Part shown: positions 9,992 to 20,546 of the stretch, piece after piece | How positions within the stretch are numbered: the stretch's first letter is position 1 | Layout: every line of letters begins with the position of its first letter | Assembly (NCBI GenBank): GCA_046483985.1 | Contig: JAWOCD010000040.1 | Location: forward strand, 32,001-96,000 | Direction of reading: 5' to 3' | DNA from: Promethearchaeia archaeon | Lineage (GTDB): Archaea; Asgardarchaeota; Lokiarchaeia; Sigyniarchaeales; SOKP01 | Length of the DNA: 64,000 bases | Position numbers and translations under genes: made by a program | Notes under the pieces: model-generated | Database searches by the model: none | Told to the model about the DNA's origin: nothing | Seen by the model: the letters and a program-made list of their open reading frames with translations, nothing else

Positions 9992-10960
9992 TCATGGATA
10001 TTGAAATGTTTTCAAAACATTTCTTAATTTTTTAGCCAGTTTGGGCAGATATTCGTAAGATTTCTTTTTAATTCGCTTGTTAAGGCAAAGGGTTACCAAA
10101 TATAATCGTTTACCGTTAATATCTAGTTTTCTTAGGAAAATAAGCCCTTCTCTGCTGGATTCTTCTTTTTCAATCGGAAATTTAAGATTAGTTACAATAT
10201 CAGTTGTATTAATGTCCCATTCTTCCAGTTTTTCAATTGCTCTTGTCAAGCGAGGGGCCACGGACTCACATGTTTTTTGATAATAGTCTTTTGTCGCACG
10301 ACTTGCCAAAATAAAACTATGAATATCCAATAACACGGCAGCACTGTTAAAAGTTGTGGCCATATATTCTTTAAGGAGGGTTTGGAGTGATTCAGATTTC
10401 GGTGAAAGGGAAATGACTCCATCTGAAAATGCTCTAATAATAGTCTCCTCATTATAAATCGATGTTTCATAATAATTGAGGTTAAATTTTTTTAATATTT
10501 CAATCTGCGCTAATTGGCTTTTCAGATTATCGACATTCTCCTCAAATTCATTCTCATCTCTCAAATCGGGGTCATATTTATGTAATAGAATAAAAAAATG
10601 TAAATTTCCATCATTTAAATCAAATACAATATTAGCTATTTTTCTTAGATAACTTAAGGCCTCGGGATATCGCTCGATGTCTTGGACATCAATTATAAAA
10701 TAGACAGTCTTAAGATTAGTAAAGTATTTTTCTTTACTTTTTAAATAAATTTGACGATAACTTCTTTGACCACCCAGATCCCAGGTAGACACATCTAATC
10801 CTAGCAAAGAGATTGATGTAGTAGAGATATCAGCTTTTTTAGTGGGAGATAATTTATTCAATAAACTGAATTTTCCATTTAAGAGTAATAATATTGAAGT
10901 TTTTCCTCCGTTATCAAGCCCGCAAAATAAGATTCTTTCTTTCCTTCCTATGTTTTCCAT
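9992..10960 (-). CDS. Small GTPase (Arf/Rag-like) with C-terminal roadblock/longin-like domain
   Basis: G1 GLDNGGKTS, G3 WDLGGQ, G4 HKYD; ~130-aa C-terminal extension. Confidence 0.85.
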   Translation of the reverse strand: MENIGRKERILFCGLDNGGKTSILLLLNGKFSLLNKLSPTKKADISTTSISLLGLDVSTWDLGGQRSYRQIYLKSKEKYFTNLKTVYFIIDVQDIERYPEALSYLRKIANIVFDLNDGNLHFFILLHKYDPDLRDENEFEENVDNLKSQLAQIEILKKFNLNYYETSIYNEETIIRAFSDGVISLSPKSESLQTLLKEYMATTFNSAAVLLDIHSFILASRATKDYYQKTCESVAPRLTRAIEKLEEWDINTTDIVTNLKFPIEKEESSREGLIFLRKLDINGKRLYLVTLCLNKRIKKKSYEYLPKLAKKLRNVLKTFQYP

Positions 10961-11256
10961 TTGGATTGCACTCTTTTTAACCTCTTATTTAATTTACTCG
11001 TTTTCGGCAAGTATTCCGATTAATACACAACAAGCTCTAAAAATAGAAAAAAATTCTGTTGCCGCTTTTCTTACATTAATATTATTTCAGATCTGTTATT
11101 TAAAGTTTACAATTTTAAATATTAAATTAAATGATCAGACCAATTCTTATAGAATGAAAAGATTAAAATTTAAGAGATAATTCTATAATTTATCCCTTAA
11201 AGGATTTTTAAAGGGGAAAATAACTTCTTTCTTTGAAAAAATTATTGGAAAACCTT

Positions 11257-11333
11257 GGGAGGGTAGTCTAGTATGGTATGATTCCTGGTTTGGGTCCAGG
11301 AGGCCAGGGGTTCGAATCCCCTCTCTCCCACCA
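11257..11333 (+). tRNA. tRNA-Pro (anticodon UGG), intronless, CCA encoded
   Basis: Acceptor GGGAGGG/CTCTCCC, anticodon arm CCTGG-TTTGGGT-CCAGG, T arm AGGGG-TTCGAAT-CCCCT, ends ACCA. Confidence 0.96.
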
Positions 11334-11368
11334 TTAATTTCTTTGCCTAAAAAATGATATCTCTCAAG

Positions 11369-12238
11369 TTAATCTTCTTTTAAGAAACCCTCAAGAAATT
11401 TCCGAACCGCTCTATTATCTTTTCCCTTAAATTGAGGTTCTCGTTTTTCTTTTAACGCTCTTGTGGATTCCCGAAAATCGGCTGTTTTAAACGCAGCTTG
11501 ATTCCCTTCGTTTTCTAAATCTAATGTAGTAGATAAAAATTTTCGAAAAGGATTATGAATTATTCTTTTCATCATTCGAATAGAAAGCGTGGGAGAGTGG
11601 GGAGGTATCAATTGTTTTGCTCTATTCCGACAGTGTTCGAGTAATTCATCCCCCGGCAAAACATCATTTACCAACCCCAGATCCAGTGCTTCATCAGCAG
11701 TAATTTTATCACCAAAATAAAGGATTTCTTTCGCTTTTTGAAAGCCTACATAAAATGGTAATAAAAATGAGATACTAAACTCAGGTATTACTGCCCGTTT
11801 GACAAAATAAAACCCTAACCATGCATTTTTTGCCATATATATCAAATCTGCTCCAATCAAGGGTAAAGTAATTCCTGCACCAATGGCTAAGCCGTTTATT
11901 GCGGCAATTACGGGCTTAGAAAAATCCCACAATTTCATGGAAAGTTTTTTTTGGGCAATATCTGTCAAATCAAGTTCTTTTCTTATTTCGGGAGAGATGG
12001 AGGATAACGCCTTTATATCAAAAAAACCGCCTGATGAAAAAGCATTTCCTTCTTTCGAGCCTTTTATGATTAATACCTGTGCATCCTCATCTTCTTCCAT
12101 ATCTTCAAGAGCGGTTTCAATTTCTAAAAAAGTAACATGGGTAAATGCATTCCTTCTCTCGGGTCGATTAATGGTAATGGTACAAATTCCATCTTCTCCT
12201 TTTTCATACGTAATATCATTAAGTTCTTCAATATTCAT
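11369..12238 (-). CDS. Enoyl-CoA hydratase/isomerase family protein
   Basis: ITINRPERRNA, KPVIAAINGLAIGAG, ITADEALDLGLVN, EKREPQFKG. Confidence 0.9.
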   Translation of the reverse strand: MNIEELNDITYEKGEDGICTITINRPERRNAFTHVTFLEIETALEDMEEDEDAQVLIIKGSKEGNAFSSGGFFDIKALSSISPEIRKELDLTDIAQKKLSMKLWDFSKPVIAAINGLAIGAGITLPLIGADLIYMAKNAWLGFYFVKRAVIPEFSISFLLPFYVGFQKAKEILYFGDKITADEALDLGLVNDVLPGDELLEHCRNRAKQLIPPHSPTLSIRMMKRIIHNPFRKFLSTTLDLENEGNQAAFKTADFRESTRALKEKREPQFKGKDNRAVRKFLEGFLKED

Positions 12239-12312
12239 TTGATTTTAATTAATAAAGCTTACTTTAAATAATATTATCATAAATAGAAGAAAAAAGAAAA
12301 CCAAGATAGAAC

Positions 12313-12897
12313 TTATTTTTTAATTAGACTTATCAGTGCTGCGATCAGTTCCCAAATTATTAGTATGCCTAACATAAATCTTTTTACAAGTGCAAAGGGG
12401 GAATGAGCAATAGCATACAAACTCGGAAATTTGGTCGGATTAAAACTCATCAATAAGATAAAGATGTTTTCTAGTGCATTACATCTCGCTGCAACTATTG
12501 CCAAAACTGCCATAATCATACATGAATTACGCCAGATGGTCCCTTTTTCAAGTCTTCGGCTGATTAGGAACACAAGGCTAAAAAAAGTAATCCATAACTC
12601 ATCATAAACCCGTAATCAAGAGTCTCAGCAATATGATAAACGTTCAAATCAGCCATAAAGGTATAATACTGTCTCATATACGCAGCACTGAATGATAATT
12701 GACTTTCCATAAGATTAGCGGGGTTGCCCGAAAGCATAAAAAAAATAACTCATTCTCAAGTAAATAATAACTAAAAGTATAATGCTTAGAATCAGGAATC
12801 TTTTGATATTCTGCGCCGAGATCCACGTATCTCTTTTCTCTAAAAACCTAGTCTTCCATTTAGAAAAGATTTTATGGCTATTTATATTATCGATCAC
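12313..12897 (-). pseudogene. Membrane protein (~194 aa) split by two compensating homopolymer frameshifts
   Basis: ORFs 12897..12715 and 12573..12313 share a frame; the intervening MLSGNPANLMESQLSFSAAYMRQYYTFMADLNVYHIAETLDYGFMMSYGLL lies in another frame; shifts map to A8 (12738-12745) and A7 (12580-12586). Confidence 0.7.
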
Positions 12898-13883
12898 GGA
12901 GGCTGATTAAGAACCTTGTTTAATTCTTTTGAAATTTTATCTGTTTTTTTGTCTTTCATCCAATAACGAATCTTTTTCGAGTGTAAAAATTCTTGAATCT
13001 TCTCATTTAGTTCATGTAATTTCTGCTTTTCCTCTTCAGAAAGTTGTGGAACTTCCTCTTCTACTTCTTCGGTAACCTCTTGGATTTCCTCTTCTATTTG
13101 CGGGATTTTAATTGGCTCTTTGCCTTGAATAATACCTTTTCTCAAGATATTTTTTATATTTCTAGCCCATCCTTCAATCCATGCATATGCTCCCTCTTTT
13201 TTGGGATCATTTATTTCTATGTTCTCGCGATCCACAATTATTAGTTCATCAGGACAAGAATTTTCACAAGCGCCGCAATAAAAACAAGACTCTTCGTCGC
13301 ACGCAATTTTGCCGTATTTTTGGATATCTTCGGCACTTTCAGGTATGAAGAAGGACTCCACGGGACAGATATTTACACATGCTTTGCAGCCTTGTGGGTC
13401 ACACTTCCATAGCATTCGTTTTTTAATCCTAACTTTGCCTTCAATTGGAGAATCAATATGAAAACACTTTTCTGGACACTGCTCTTCAATTTTATGGTAT
13501 TCCTTAACGTGATGGCGTTCCCGAACTTCTTTACATAATTGACAAATCTCATTATCAAGATCAAACTCACATTTATCCGTATCAATTTTAAAGAACTTAC
13601 CAATGGATGGATACTCGTTCAAATCGAATTTCCCTTCTGGTTTTACATGCTCGTGAAACGCATCATTGGGGCACACCACAGCACATAACATACAGTAGCA
13701 ACACTTTTCATGGTCGATCATCATTTTGGGGTTGCTTTCATCTAAAATCTCCTGCGCAATCTCGGGGATGGGACCTAATTCAATTGCGTCAACTGGGCAT
13801 ACAAGCTTGCATAAAGAGCAGCCAATGCATTTAGTTATATCATAGGTAAGTTTCTTATCGACATCCTTGTACCTCCAGTTCAT
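12894..13883 (-). CDS. Polyferredoxin (FwdF-like 4Fe-4S protein)
   Basis: Repeated CxxCxxCxxxCP motifs; frame open upstream to 13970, possible ATT start at 13964. Confidence 0.8.
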   Translation of the reverse strand: MNWRYKDVDKKLTYDITKCIGCSLCKLVCPVDAIELGPIPEIAQEILDESNPKMMIDHEKCCYCMLCAVVCPNDAFHEHVKPEGKFDLNEYPSIGKFFKIDTDKCEFDLDNEICQLCKEVRERHHVKEYHKIEEQCPEKCFHIDSPIEGKVRIKKRMLWKCDPQGCKACVNICPVESFFIPESAEDIQKYGKIACDEESCFYCGACENSCPDELIIVDRENIEINDPKKEGAYAWIEGWARNIKNILRKGIIQGKEPIKIPQIEEEIQEVTEEVEEEVPQLSEEEKQKLHELNEKIQEFLHSKKIRYWMKDKKTDKISKELNKVLNQPP

Positions 13884-14164
13884 AATTAGCTGTTCTGGTT
13901 GAATTTGCAGTTCCTTCTCGATTTCCTCTTCTTGTTCTTCTTGTTTTTTAGAAGTTTCTGTAATGTTTACTCAACCTTCTTTTTAAATGTCTATTTTTTG
14001 TTAATTTTTTACAATAATTAAATTCTATTATTATTATCTATATTGAAATAAATAATAGAATGGAGGATTGCTGGTCTTAAGAAGAAATCTTGATAAAAAG
14101 AATCAGGATCTCCCAAGATTTTAAATCTAACTTGGCGAATGAGAGGAAAGAAAAGAGGAATTAA

Positions 14165-14983
14165 TTAGAGATCAATAAACCAGAAGTCTTCGTCTTCACG
14201 CAAGATATCCAAGATGCCCGATAAATCGGAAAGCAAAATTTCTGTTGAGACGCGTTTTTGCTCCCTCTTTACAATATCCATGTTGTTGAATAATTCATCT
14301 AAGAGATGATCAATCTTGAACCGATGATATCGCTCGGTGTTTGAGAAAATCGAAATAAATATTTCTTGTCCTAAATTTAAACTCTCTGTAATAAACTTCT
14401 TTTTTGACTGTCGTTGTTCGATATTTTTCATTAATTGTTGCTTATATCGCTCGTTCAGAAGGGTTTTTAGTTCCTTTATGAAACATTCTTTTTGGAGCAG
14501 TAATTCTTTCCTTTTTTTTTCTAAATTCTGGACGGTATCTTCGATTTTTTTAATCTGTTCCCCTAAAAATTTCATTTTCTGGTTTGGAGTTTTAGATTTT
14601 TCATATTCCTCTTTACATGTAATATCTTTAAGTTTTGTAAATTTTTCGATATCCTCTTCTCCTGCAGCTTTATAATCAATGCTAAAATAATCTGGGGTGA
14701 TATCAATAGTGACGGATATGTTACTTTTTATTTTATATCTGCCGCCTCGTTTCTTTTTTGGTTTTACTTTTTCAATGAGATCACTTTCTTTTAATATCTC
14801 TAATTGACTGTGTACTGCTTGTCGACTTATATCTAATTCGTGCGCTAATTCTGAGGTTGAATGGGGAACTTTTGCAATCTTGGATAAAATGATTCTTCTG
14901 GTCGGATTTCCCAGTAACTCTAAAAGGTTATCTAAATCGATAATCCCTCTAACTCCTTCCTCTTTTCCCGAATCTGTTTGCAT
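14165..14983 (-). CDS. ArsR-like wHTH regulator with coiled coil (Phr/HSR1-type heat-shock regulator)
   Basis: LLGNPTRRIIL...ISRQAVHSQLEIL; co-oriented with cdc48 and hsp20. Confidence 0.75.
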   Translation of the reverse strand: MQTDSGKEEGVRGIIDLDNLLELLGNPTRRIILSKIAKVPHSTSELAHELDISRQAVHSQLEILKESDLIEKVKPKKKRGGRYKIKSNISVTIDITPDYFSIDYKAAGEEDIEKFTKLKDITCKEEYEKSKTPNQKMKFLGEQIKKIEDTVQNLEKKRKELLLQKECFIKELKTLLNERYKQQLMKNIEQRQSKKKFITESLNLGQEIFISIFSNTERYHRFKIDHLLDELFNNMDIVKREQKRVSTEILLSDLSGILDILREDEDFWFIDL

Positions 14984-15040
14984 TTTCCATCCCTCATTGA
15001 TATTTATTTTTTGAATAGATTATAAAAAAATAAATTAGAA

Positions 15041-17260
15041 TTACATATATGTTCCTTCTGGAGGTTTTCTCGAACGTTTATGGGCTTTAGTAGCCATATC
15101 GGCTGATTTTAGAACCTTTGTAATCGCCTCATCAAAATCCTTTTTCGAAACATTAACCGCTTTCACCGATTCTGGATCGTCTGTATCTATTTCCGGATTA
15201 TCAACAGCTCTCCGGATAGCAAGTAAAGTTGCCTCTTCACAGATAGCTTCGACGTCTGCCCCTGTATATCCTTCTAATTGACTGGCCAAACTCTTGATAT
15301 CTATATCATCACCTAAAGGTCTATCTTTAAGGTGAATGCGAAAAATTTCTTGTAATTCTTCCTCATTAGGCTTCTCGATTTCAATATGTCGTCCGAATCT
15401 TCCAGCTCGTAAAAGAGCGGGATCTAACATGTCTTGCCGATTAGTTGCTGCCAATAGAATTACTTCTTTCAATCCTTCTAGTCCGTCCATTTCGGTCAGT
15501 AATTGTGATACCACTTGTTCGGTGACTTGTGAGCCCGCGCTTCTCCCTCGCAGTCCAGCAATCGCATCAATCTCATCAAAAAATACTATACATGGTGCTG
15601 CAGAGCGTGCTTTTCTAAATGTCTCGCGTACCGCTTTTTCGCTCTCTCCAACCCATTTCGAAAGAAATTCAGGTCCTTTCACGGAAATGAAATTGACTTC
15701 GGTTTCATGGGCCAAAGCCTTAGCAATCAAGGTTTTTCCAGTACCCGGCGGGCCAAATAGTAAAATTCCGCTGGGTGGTTTGGATTTCATGTGAGAATAA
15801 AGTACCGGATATTTAAGCGGCCATTCTATGATTTCTTGTAATTGTAATTTTGCATCCTCTAATCCACCTACATCGTCCCAAGTCTCCGTGGGTTGAGTTA
15901 CTAAAACCTCTCGTAACGCCGAAGGCTCAATGCTGGCTCTTGCTTCTCTGAAATGGCTCATTTTTATCTGTAAGTTATTCAAAACTTCTGGAGGAATTGA
16001 TTTATTTAAATTTAGCTTCGGAATAATTTCCCGAATTGCTAACATTGCCGCTTCTTTTGCCAATGATTCCACATCTGCTCCAACAAATCCATGTGTTTTT
16101 TCTGCAATTTCCATTAAATCCACATCTTCATGAAGTGGCATTCCGCGGGTATGGACTAGTAAAATTTCGTACCGTCCGTCCGTATCTGGGACTCCAATCT
16201 CTATCTCTCTATCAAAACGACCAGGACGACGCAATGCAGGGTCAACATCGTTTACTCTGTTAGTTGCTCCAATAACAATAACCTCTCCTCTTGCTTCCAA
16301 TCCATCCATAAGAGAAAGTAATTGAGCAACCACTCGACGCTCGACTTCTCCAGTTACTTCACCACGCTTTGGAGCAATAGAGTCGATTTCGTCAATAAAA
16401 ATTATGGCCGGGGAATTCTTCTGGGCATCATCAAAAACTTTTCGCAAATTCTGTTCGCTTTGGCCATAAAACTTGCTCATAATCTCAGGACCACTAATCG
16501 ATTGGAAATGAGCGTCCGTTTCATATGCGACTGCACGTGCTAATAAGGTCTTTCCGGTTCCCGGAGCTCCATGAAGTAATACGCCCTTAGGAGGCTCAAT
16601 TCCAATCCTCTTAAATAATTCGGGATGTCGTATCGGTAATTCGATCATTTCTCGAATCTTTTGGATTTCTTCCTCTAATCCTCCAATATCTTCGTAAGTA
16701 ACTCGTGAGCGTTGGATTTCCTGAATTTCCTTGTGAGTTTTTTCGCTTAATACGATTTTCGTATCTAAATCCATTCTCACAGCGGGCGATTTTGGTCGAT
16801 AATCGACCACAACAAGGTCCACTCGGTGCCCGTAGGAGTAAAAGGACAAAATATCTTCTTTTGTGATCACACGGTTTTCAAGGATCTCTGCAAGCTGTTG
16901 GGAATTGCGTAAAATAATGGATTCCTCTAAACCCGCAAAGGTTACCTCATCTGCAACTTCTGCTTGAATTTTTTTTATCTTCACGAGGTCATCAACTGAT
17001 GCTCCTATGTTCCTCCTTTGTGATTGATCTAATCGAATCACATTTTTTCCAGCATCTTGTGGTTTACCAGGATAAATATGAGCAGCTGTCTTCTTATTTA
17101 ATGGAGGATATAAAATTTCAATGACATCGCCTGTCTTTAAATCGAGTTCCGTCATCACATCTGGATCCATACGGATAAAACCTTTTCCCGCATCGTCTTT
17201 AAAAGCATCTTTAATTCGTACCTTTTTTCCCCCTCTATCTTCGCTTGTTAATCCACTCAT
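15041..17260 (-). CDS. cdc48: CDC48/VCP AAA+ ATPase
   Basis: N domain plus two AAA modules ([15 protein letters not shown] and [14 protein letters not shown]), RPGRFDRE. Confidence 0.95.
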   Translation of the reverse strand: MSGLTSEDRGGKKVRIKDAFKDDAGKGFIRMDPDVMTELDLKTGDVIEILYPPLNKKTAAHIYPGKPQDAGKNVIRLDQSQRRNIGASVDDLVKIKKIQAEVADEVTFAGLEESIILRNSQQLAEILENRVITKEDILSFYSYGHRVDLVVVDYRPKSPAVRMDLDTKIVLSEKTHKEIQEIQRSRVTYEDIGGLEEEIQKIREMIELPIRHPELFKRIGIEPPKGVLLHGAPGTGKTLLARAVAYETDAHFQSISGPEIMSKFYGQSEQNLRKVFDDAQKNSPAIIFIDEIDSIAPKRGEVTGEVERRVVAQLLSLMDGLEARGEVIVIGATNRVNDVDPALRRPGRFDREIEIGVPDTDGRYEILLVHTRGMPLHEDVDLMEIAEKTHGFVGADVESLAKEAAMLAIREIIPKLNLNKSIPPEVLNNLQIKMSHFREARASIEPSALREVLVTQPTETWDDVGGLEDAKLQLQEIIEWPLKYPVLYSHMKSKPPSGILLFGPPGTGKTLIAKALAHETEVNFISVKGPEFLSKWVGESEKAVRETFRKARSAAPCIVFFDEIDAIAGLRGRSAGSQVTEQVVSQLLTEMDGLEGLKEVILLAATNRQDMLDPALLRAGRFGRHIEIEKPNEEELQEIFRIHLKDRPLGDDIDIKSLASQLEGYTGADVEAICEEATLLAIRRAVDNPEIDTDDPESVKAVNVSKKDFDEAITKVLKSADMATKAHKRSRKPPEGTYM

Positions 17261-17364
17261 TTTTATTTCTCACGTTTTTCTTATTTTAGTTTCATTCATT
17301 CGTTTTTTAATTAGAAAATATTAATACACAATTATAAACTCGTCAATAATAATTATAAAAAAAA

Positions 17365-18063
17365 TTATTTACGTGCAACTTCTATGACTGCCAGACCATT
17401 GTTATATGCTACTGAGGTCCTCTCTGCAGAAGACTCAAACGGTAAACGGATGCTTTTCACATATTTTTTTGATTCTCCCTCAGCTGAAAAACTTAACGTT
17501 CTACTGGTGGGAAATTTGAGTATAATATTATCCTCTTCCACTCCAGGCACTTGGATAATAATCTCCACTTTGTCGTCCTTTTTGCACATTTCCACATCGG
17601 GATCCATTAATTCACATTCTTTCTCTTCTAACCCAGCCTTTTTCTTTGTTCCTTGGGGTGGTTGTAAGGACAACTTTTCGGCGTCTATAATCTTCTTCTT
17701 CTCTTTTCTGGCGTTGCTCATGACTTTCCGGAGTCTCTTCATTTTTGGCGAGCCCGAAAAGAACCGCTTAAATAACTCGTTCAATTTTTCACGGTCCATG
17801 TCTCCTTCAATCTTTATTTCCGGTTTGTCCATGCCTGGTTCATAATGATATGAAATCTTGGTTCCCTTAAATTTGTTATCGGGGTCTAAACCGAGTTTCT
17901 TTTTTAATTCCTCGTCCATGTTCTTGATCTTTCTCGGATTCAACCCTTTTTCTTCGTCTGAAAGGACAAAGAAGTCCACATCAAATCCGTCAATGTTTTT
18001 ATCTAAGAATTTCTTTAGCTTCTCTATGAAGTCATCACGATCAAACTCATCATCTTTTGACAT
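17365..18063 (-). CDS. Small heat-shock protein (Hsp20)
   Basis: C-terminal alpha-crystallin signature QVPGVEEDNI...KSIRLP...YNNGLAVI. Confidence 0.8.
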   Translation of the reverse strand: MSKDDEFDRDDFIEKLKKFLDKNIDGFDVDFFVLSDEEKGLNPRKIKNMDEELKKKLGLDPDNKFKGTKISYHYEPGMDKPEIKIEGDMDREKLNELFKRFFSGSPKMKRLRKVMSNARKEKKKIIDAEKLSLQPPQGTKKKAGLEEKECELMDPDVEMCKKDDKVEIIIQVPGVEEDNIILKFPTSRTLSFSAEGESKKYVKSIRLPFESSAERTSVAYNNGLAVIEVARK

Positions 18064-18374
18064 TTTATATTACACCTTTTTTAGTTTTTTTTTCTCGGTT
18101 TATTTAAAAAAAAACTTTTTTGTTAATTAGTGATTTACAAATCTATTTTTACAATTAAAAAAAGATGTTTTCCCTATATAAATGTTCTGTTTTGAGTTTA
18201 TAACTCAATCTCACCCTATACTTATGTCCCCGAATCCAAAAAAATACGAGTTAAGAAACCCAATCATTCATTGAAACTTCAGCAGACATTCTCAGAATGT
18301 TCCAGACTTTTTTTGGATAAACAAAAAGTGATATTGTAGAAAAAAAATAGATAGGATTTACGTTTTATGACTTT

Positions 18375-19418
18375 TTAGTTCTTAAAAGATGAAATTACAT
18401 CGGAAGTCCTTGTTAAGAGTTCAAATGCCATGGTGGGACGTTCCCAGCTTGAAAGACCACAATCAGGCCCTACATATTGTAATCTATCCCCATAATGTGA
18501 AAGGGCAAATTCTAAATTTTTTTTAATTTGTTCCCGTGAATCAATTAAAGATCTTAAGCCCTTTGTCGTTTTTAATGTATCCCAATCTTCGCCTTGATCA
18601 ATTTTTTCCGCGATAATTCCATCGATATTTGTTCTGGTGATCCCGACTCGTATGAATTTATCAGCCTCGACGAGTTCTTGTTTTGGTATGACATTTGATG
18701 AATCCGATGCAAATTCGCATGTTAAAATATCGATATTTTTTGTCTGATAGATCAGATCTGCTCGATTAAGAGTATGAAGATGAATTTGGACATCCGCATC
18801 CACCCCTTCCACGCTTTTATCCAAGATTTGGACAATCTCGGCATTGTCTACATTAAAGAGATCCGTGTATCCAAAAGAAGGCTCATCTATAGAAATGGTG
18901 GTTGTTTTTAGATATTCTTTATCAATTAACGAGTTCTGAATAAAATGGTTTACAGACGTGGCGAGGTTCATTGCTAGGTCAGAGTACACGGTAAATTGGT
19001 GTTTTTTTACATAAAGTTCGATAGGACCCGTTACACACACTTTTAGATGAATAGAGTCTCCATGCTTCTCATAATACTCTTGAGCGTATCTATCAATCAC
19101 ATAAACTTCAGGAAGAAGTGCTTTCCTCTCCTCTATAAGATCCGGTTCCACCTCATAATCGGAAAGCGGCTTTAGAAATTGGGTGTGCATATCCAAATGC
19201 TGCGGATAATTTATTACTTCAAGACCCGCATCAAGTTTATACTGAAAACTTTCAAGAACGGGTTCGATAAAATAAGTCTTTATTCCTCGGTGTTTGAAGA
19301 TATCAGCATCATTCACCAAAGATTTGTAAGCCAACCAATAATGCTCGACATATTGGTCTTTATCAATATACTCAGGAAGGGGAAAACTCCCCACATCATC
19401 ATATTTTGGAAACTCCAT
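18375..19418 (-). CDS. Cobalamin-independent methionine synthase catalytic-domain protein (core MetE type)
   Basis: DVGSFP, ISIDEP, IHLH, GPDCGL; single barrel without the N-terminal folate domain. Confidence 0.75.
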   Translation of the reverse strand: MEFPKYDDVGSFPLPEYIDKDQYVEHYWLAYKSLVNDADIFKHRGIKTYFIEPVLESFQYKLDAGLEVINYPQHLDMHTQFLKPLSDYEVEPDLIEERKALLPEVYVIDRYAQEYYEKHGDSIHLKVCVTGPIELYVKKHQFTVYSDLAMNLATSVNHFIQNSLIDKEYLKTTTISIDEPSFGYTDLFNVDNAEIVQILDKSVEGVDADVQIHLHTLNRADLIYQTKNIDILTCEFASDSSNVIPKQELVEADKFIRVGITRTNIDGIIAEKIDQGEDWDTLKTTKGLRSLIDSREQIKKNLEFALSHYGDRLQYVGPDCGLSSWERPTMAFELLTRTSDVISSFKN

Positions 19419-19689
19419 ATACTATCAAAAAAAGGTTTCAATCTCAATTAATCTTTTTCTTTAGAGAGGCAGAACGAAATTTATTGTACCCAACAAACTA
19501 ATTTATTTGAATGAATTAGAGAATTACCGTAACTTGGACGAGGCAATAAAGGACTTAAAACCCCAGATAAAAATGATAGATTTAACTAATTTACTCAATC
19601 AAGCAATAGATTAAAAAATTAAGTCAAAATAACTAAAAAAATAAAATATTAAAAGTGTGAAAAAAAAATTAAGCAGAAACAAAAAAAGT

Positions 19690-20436
19690 TGGAGCGAACT
19701 GAATTTAAAGATGCGCGAATGATCACCGTACTATGGGAGACAAAGCCCGAAATTGTCGAACGGGTCTTGTCCCCCTTTGCCGGTCGTCTCTTTACCGGTT
19801 GCATTGGCATTTATCGTGGATTACCCCAGTACCAATCAAGGGCTCCCCTATCATGAAGGAACCTTAATGATCCGCTGTCAATATGACGGAGTGCCCGGAA
19901 ATTATTATTGCTATGCCCGTAACTGACGATAGATCCATGATAGGCGGACGGGAGATCTTCGGCTTTCCGAAAAAAATCGCGAATGTCCACTTGGAAAAGA
20001 ATGAAAAGCAAGTCTATGCATATTCCGAGCGACTTGGGACGAAAAACATTGAAATTAAGGCGGATTTATCGAAGAAGTTTAACGACCCAGAAACGCCACA
20101 AATTATTAAGGAACTCGGCTTGCTCCCCAGCCGTGGGAAGAACACTATAAATTATAATTTCAAATATTTTCCAGCACCCAACAAGGACGGATTTGATTAT
20201 GACCCATGGTTAGTGAGGCAAGAAACGTCCGTCGATCCAAAATCCTTGGACATGGGGGAAGTAGAAATTAGGCTTAATTCTACGAAGCATGATCCCTGGG
20301 CGAAATTGAAGTGGTAAAACCGCTCGGGGCATTATATATGAATACCGATAACACAATGCTCCCCGGCCAAAAAATGGCTGAAGTCGATTCCGAAGAATTT
20401 TTACCCTATTCCTATATCGCATGGGATTGGTATTAA
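19690..20436 (+). pseudogene. Acetoacetate decarboxylase-family pseudogene
   Basis: Segments in shifting frames: TEFKDARMITVLWETKPEIVERVL / LPVALAFIVDYPSTNQGLPYHEG..QYDGVPGNYY / AMPVTDDRSMIGGREIFGFPKK..HDPWA / EIEVVKPLGA..FLPYSYIAWDWY*; shifts near 19770, 19908 and 20301; no clear start. Confidence 0.8.
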
Positions 20437-20546
20437 CCTTCTTAAGGCTTTTTCTTTTTATTTTTTTATTTATATTTATTTTTTTCTTTTCCTTTTCTTT
20501 CCTTCCTATTTCTTTTCAAATGACCTATAATAAGTTTTCATTAGTT

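Noticed and set aside
10842-11180. 112-aa plus-strand ORF
   Set aside because: It overlaps the GTPase start antisense and runs through an AT-rich promoter region with no motif.
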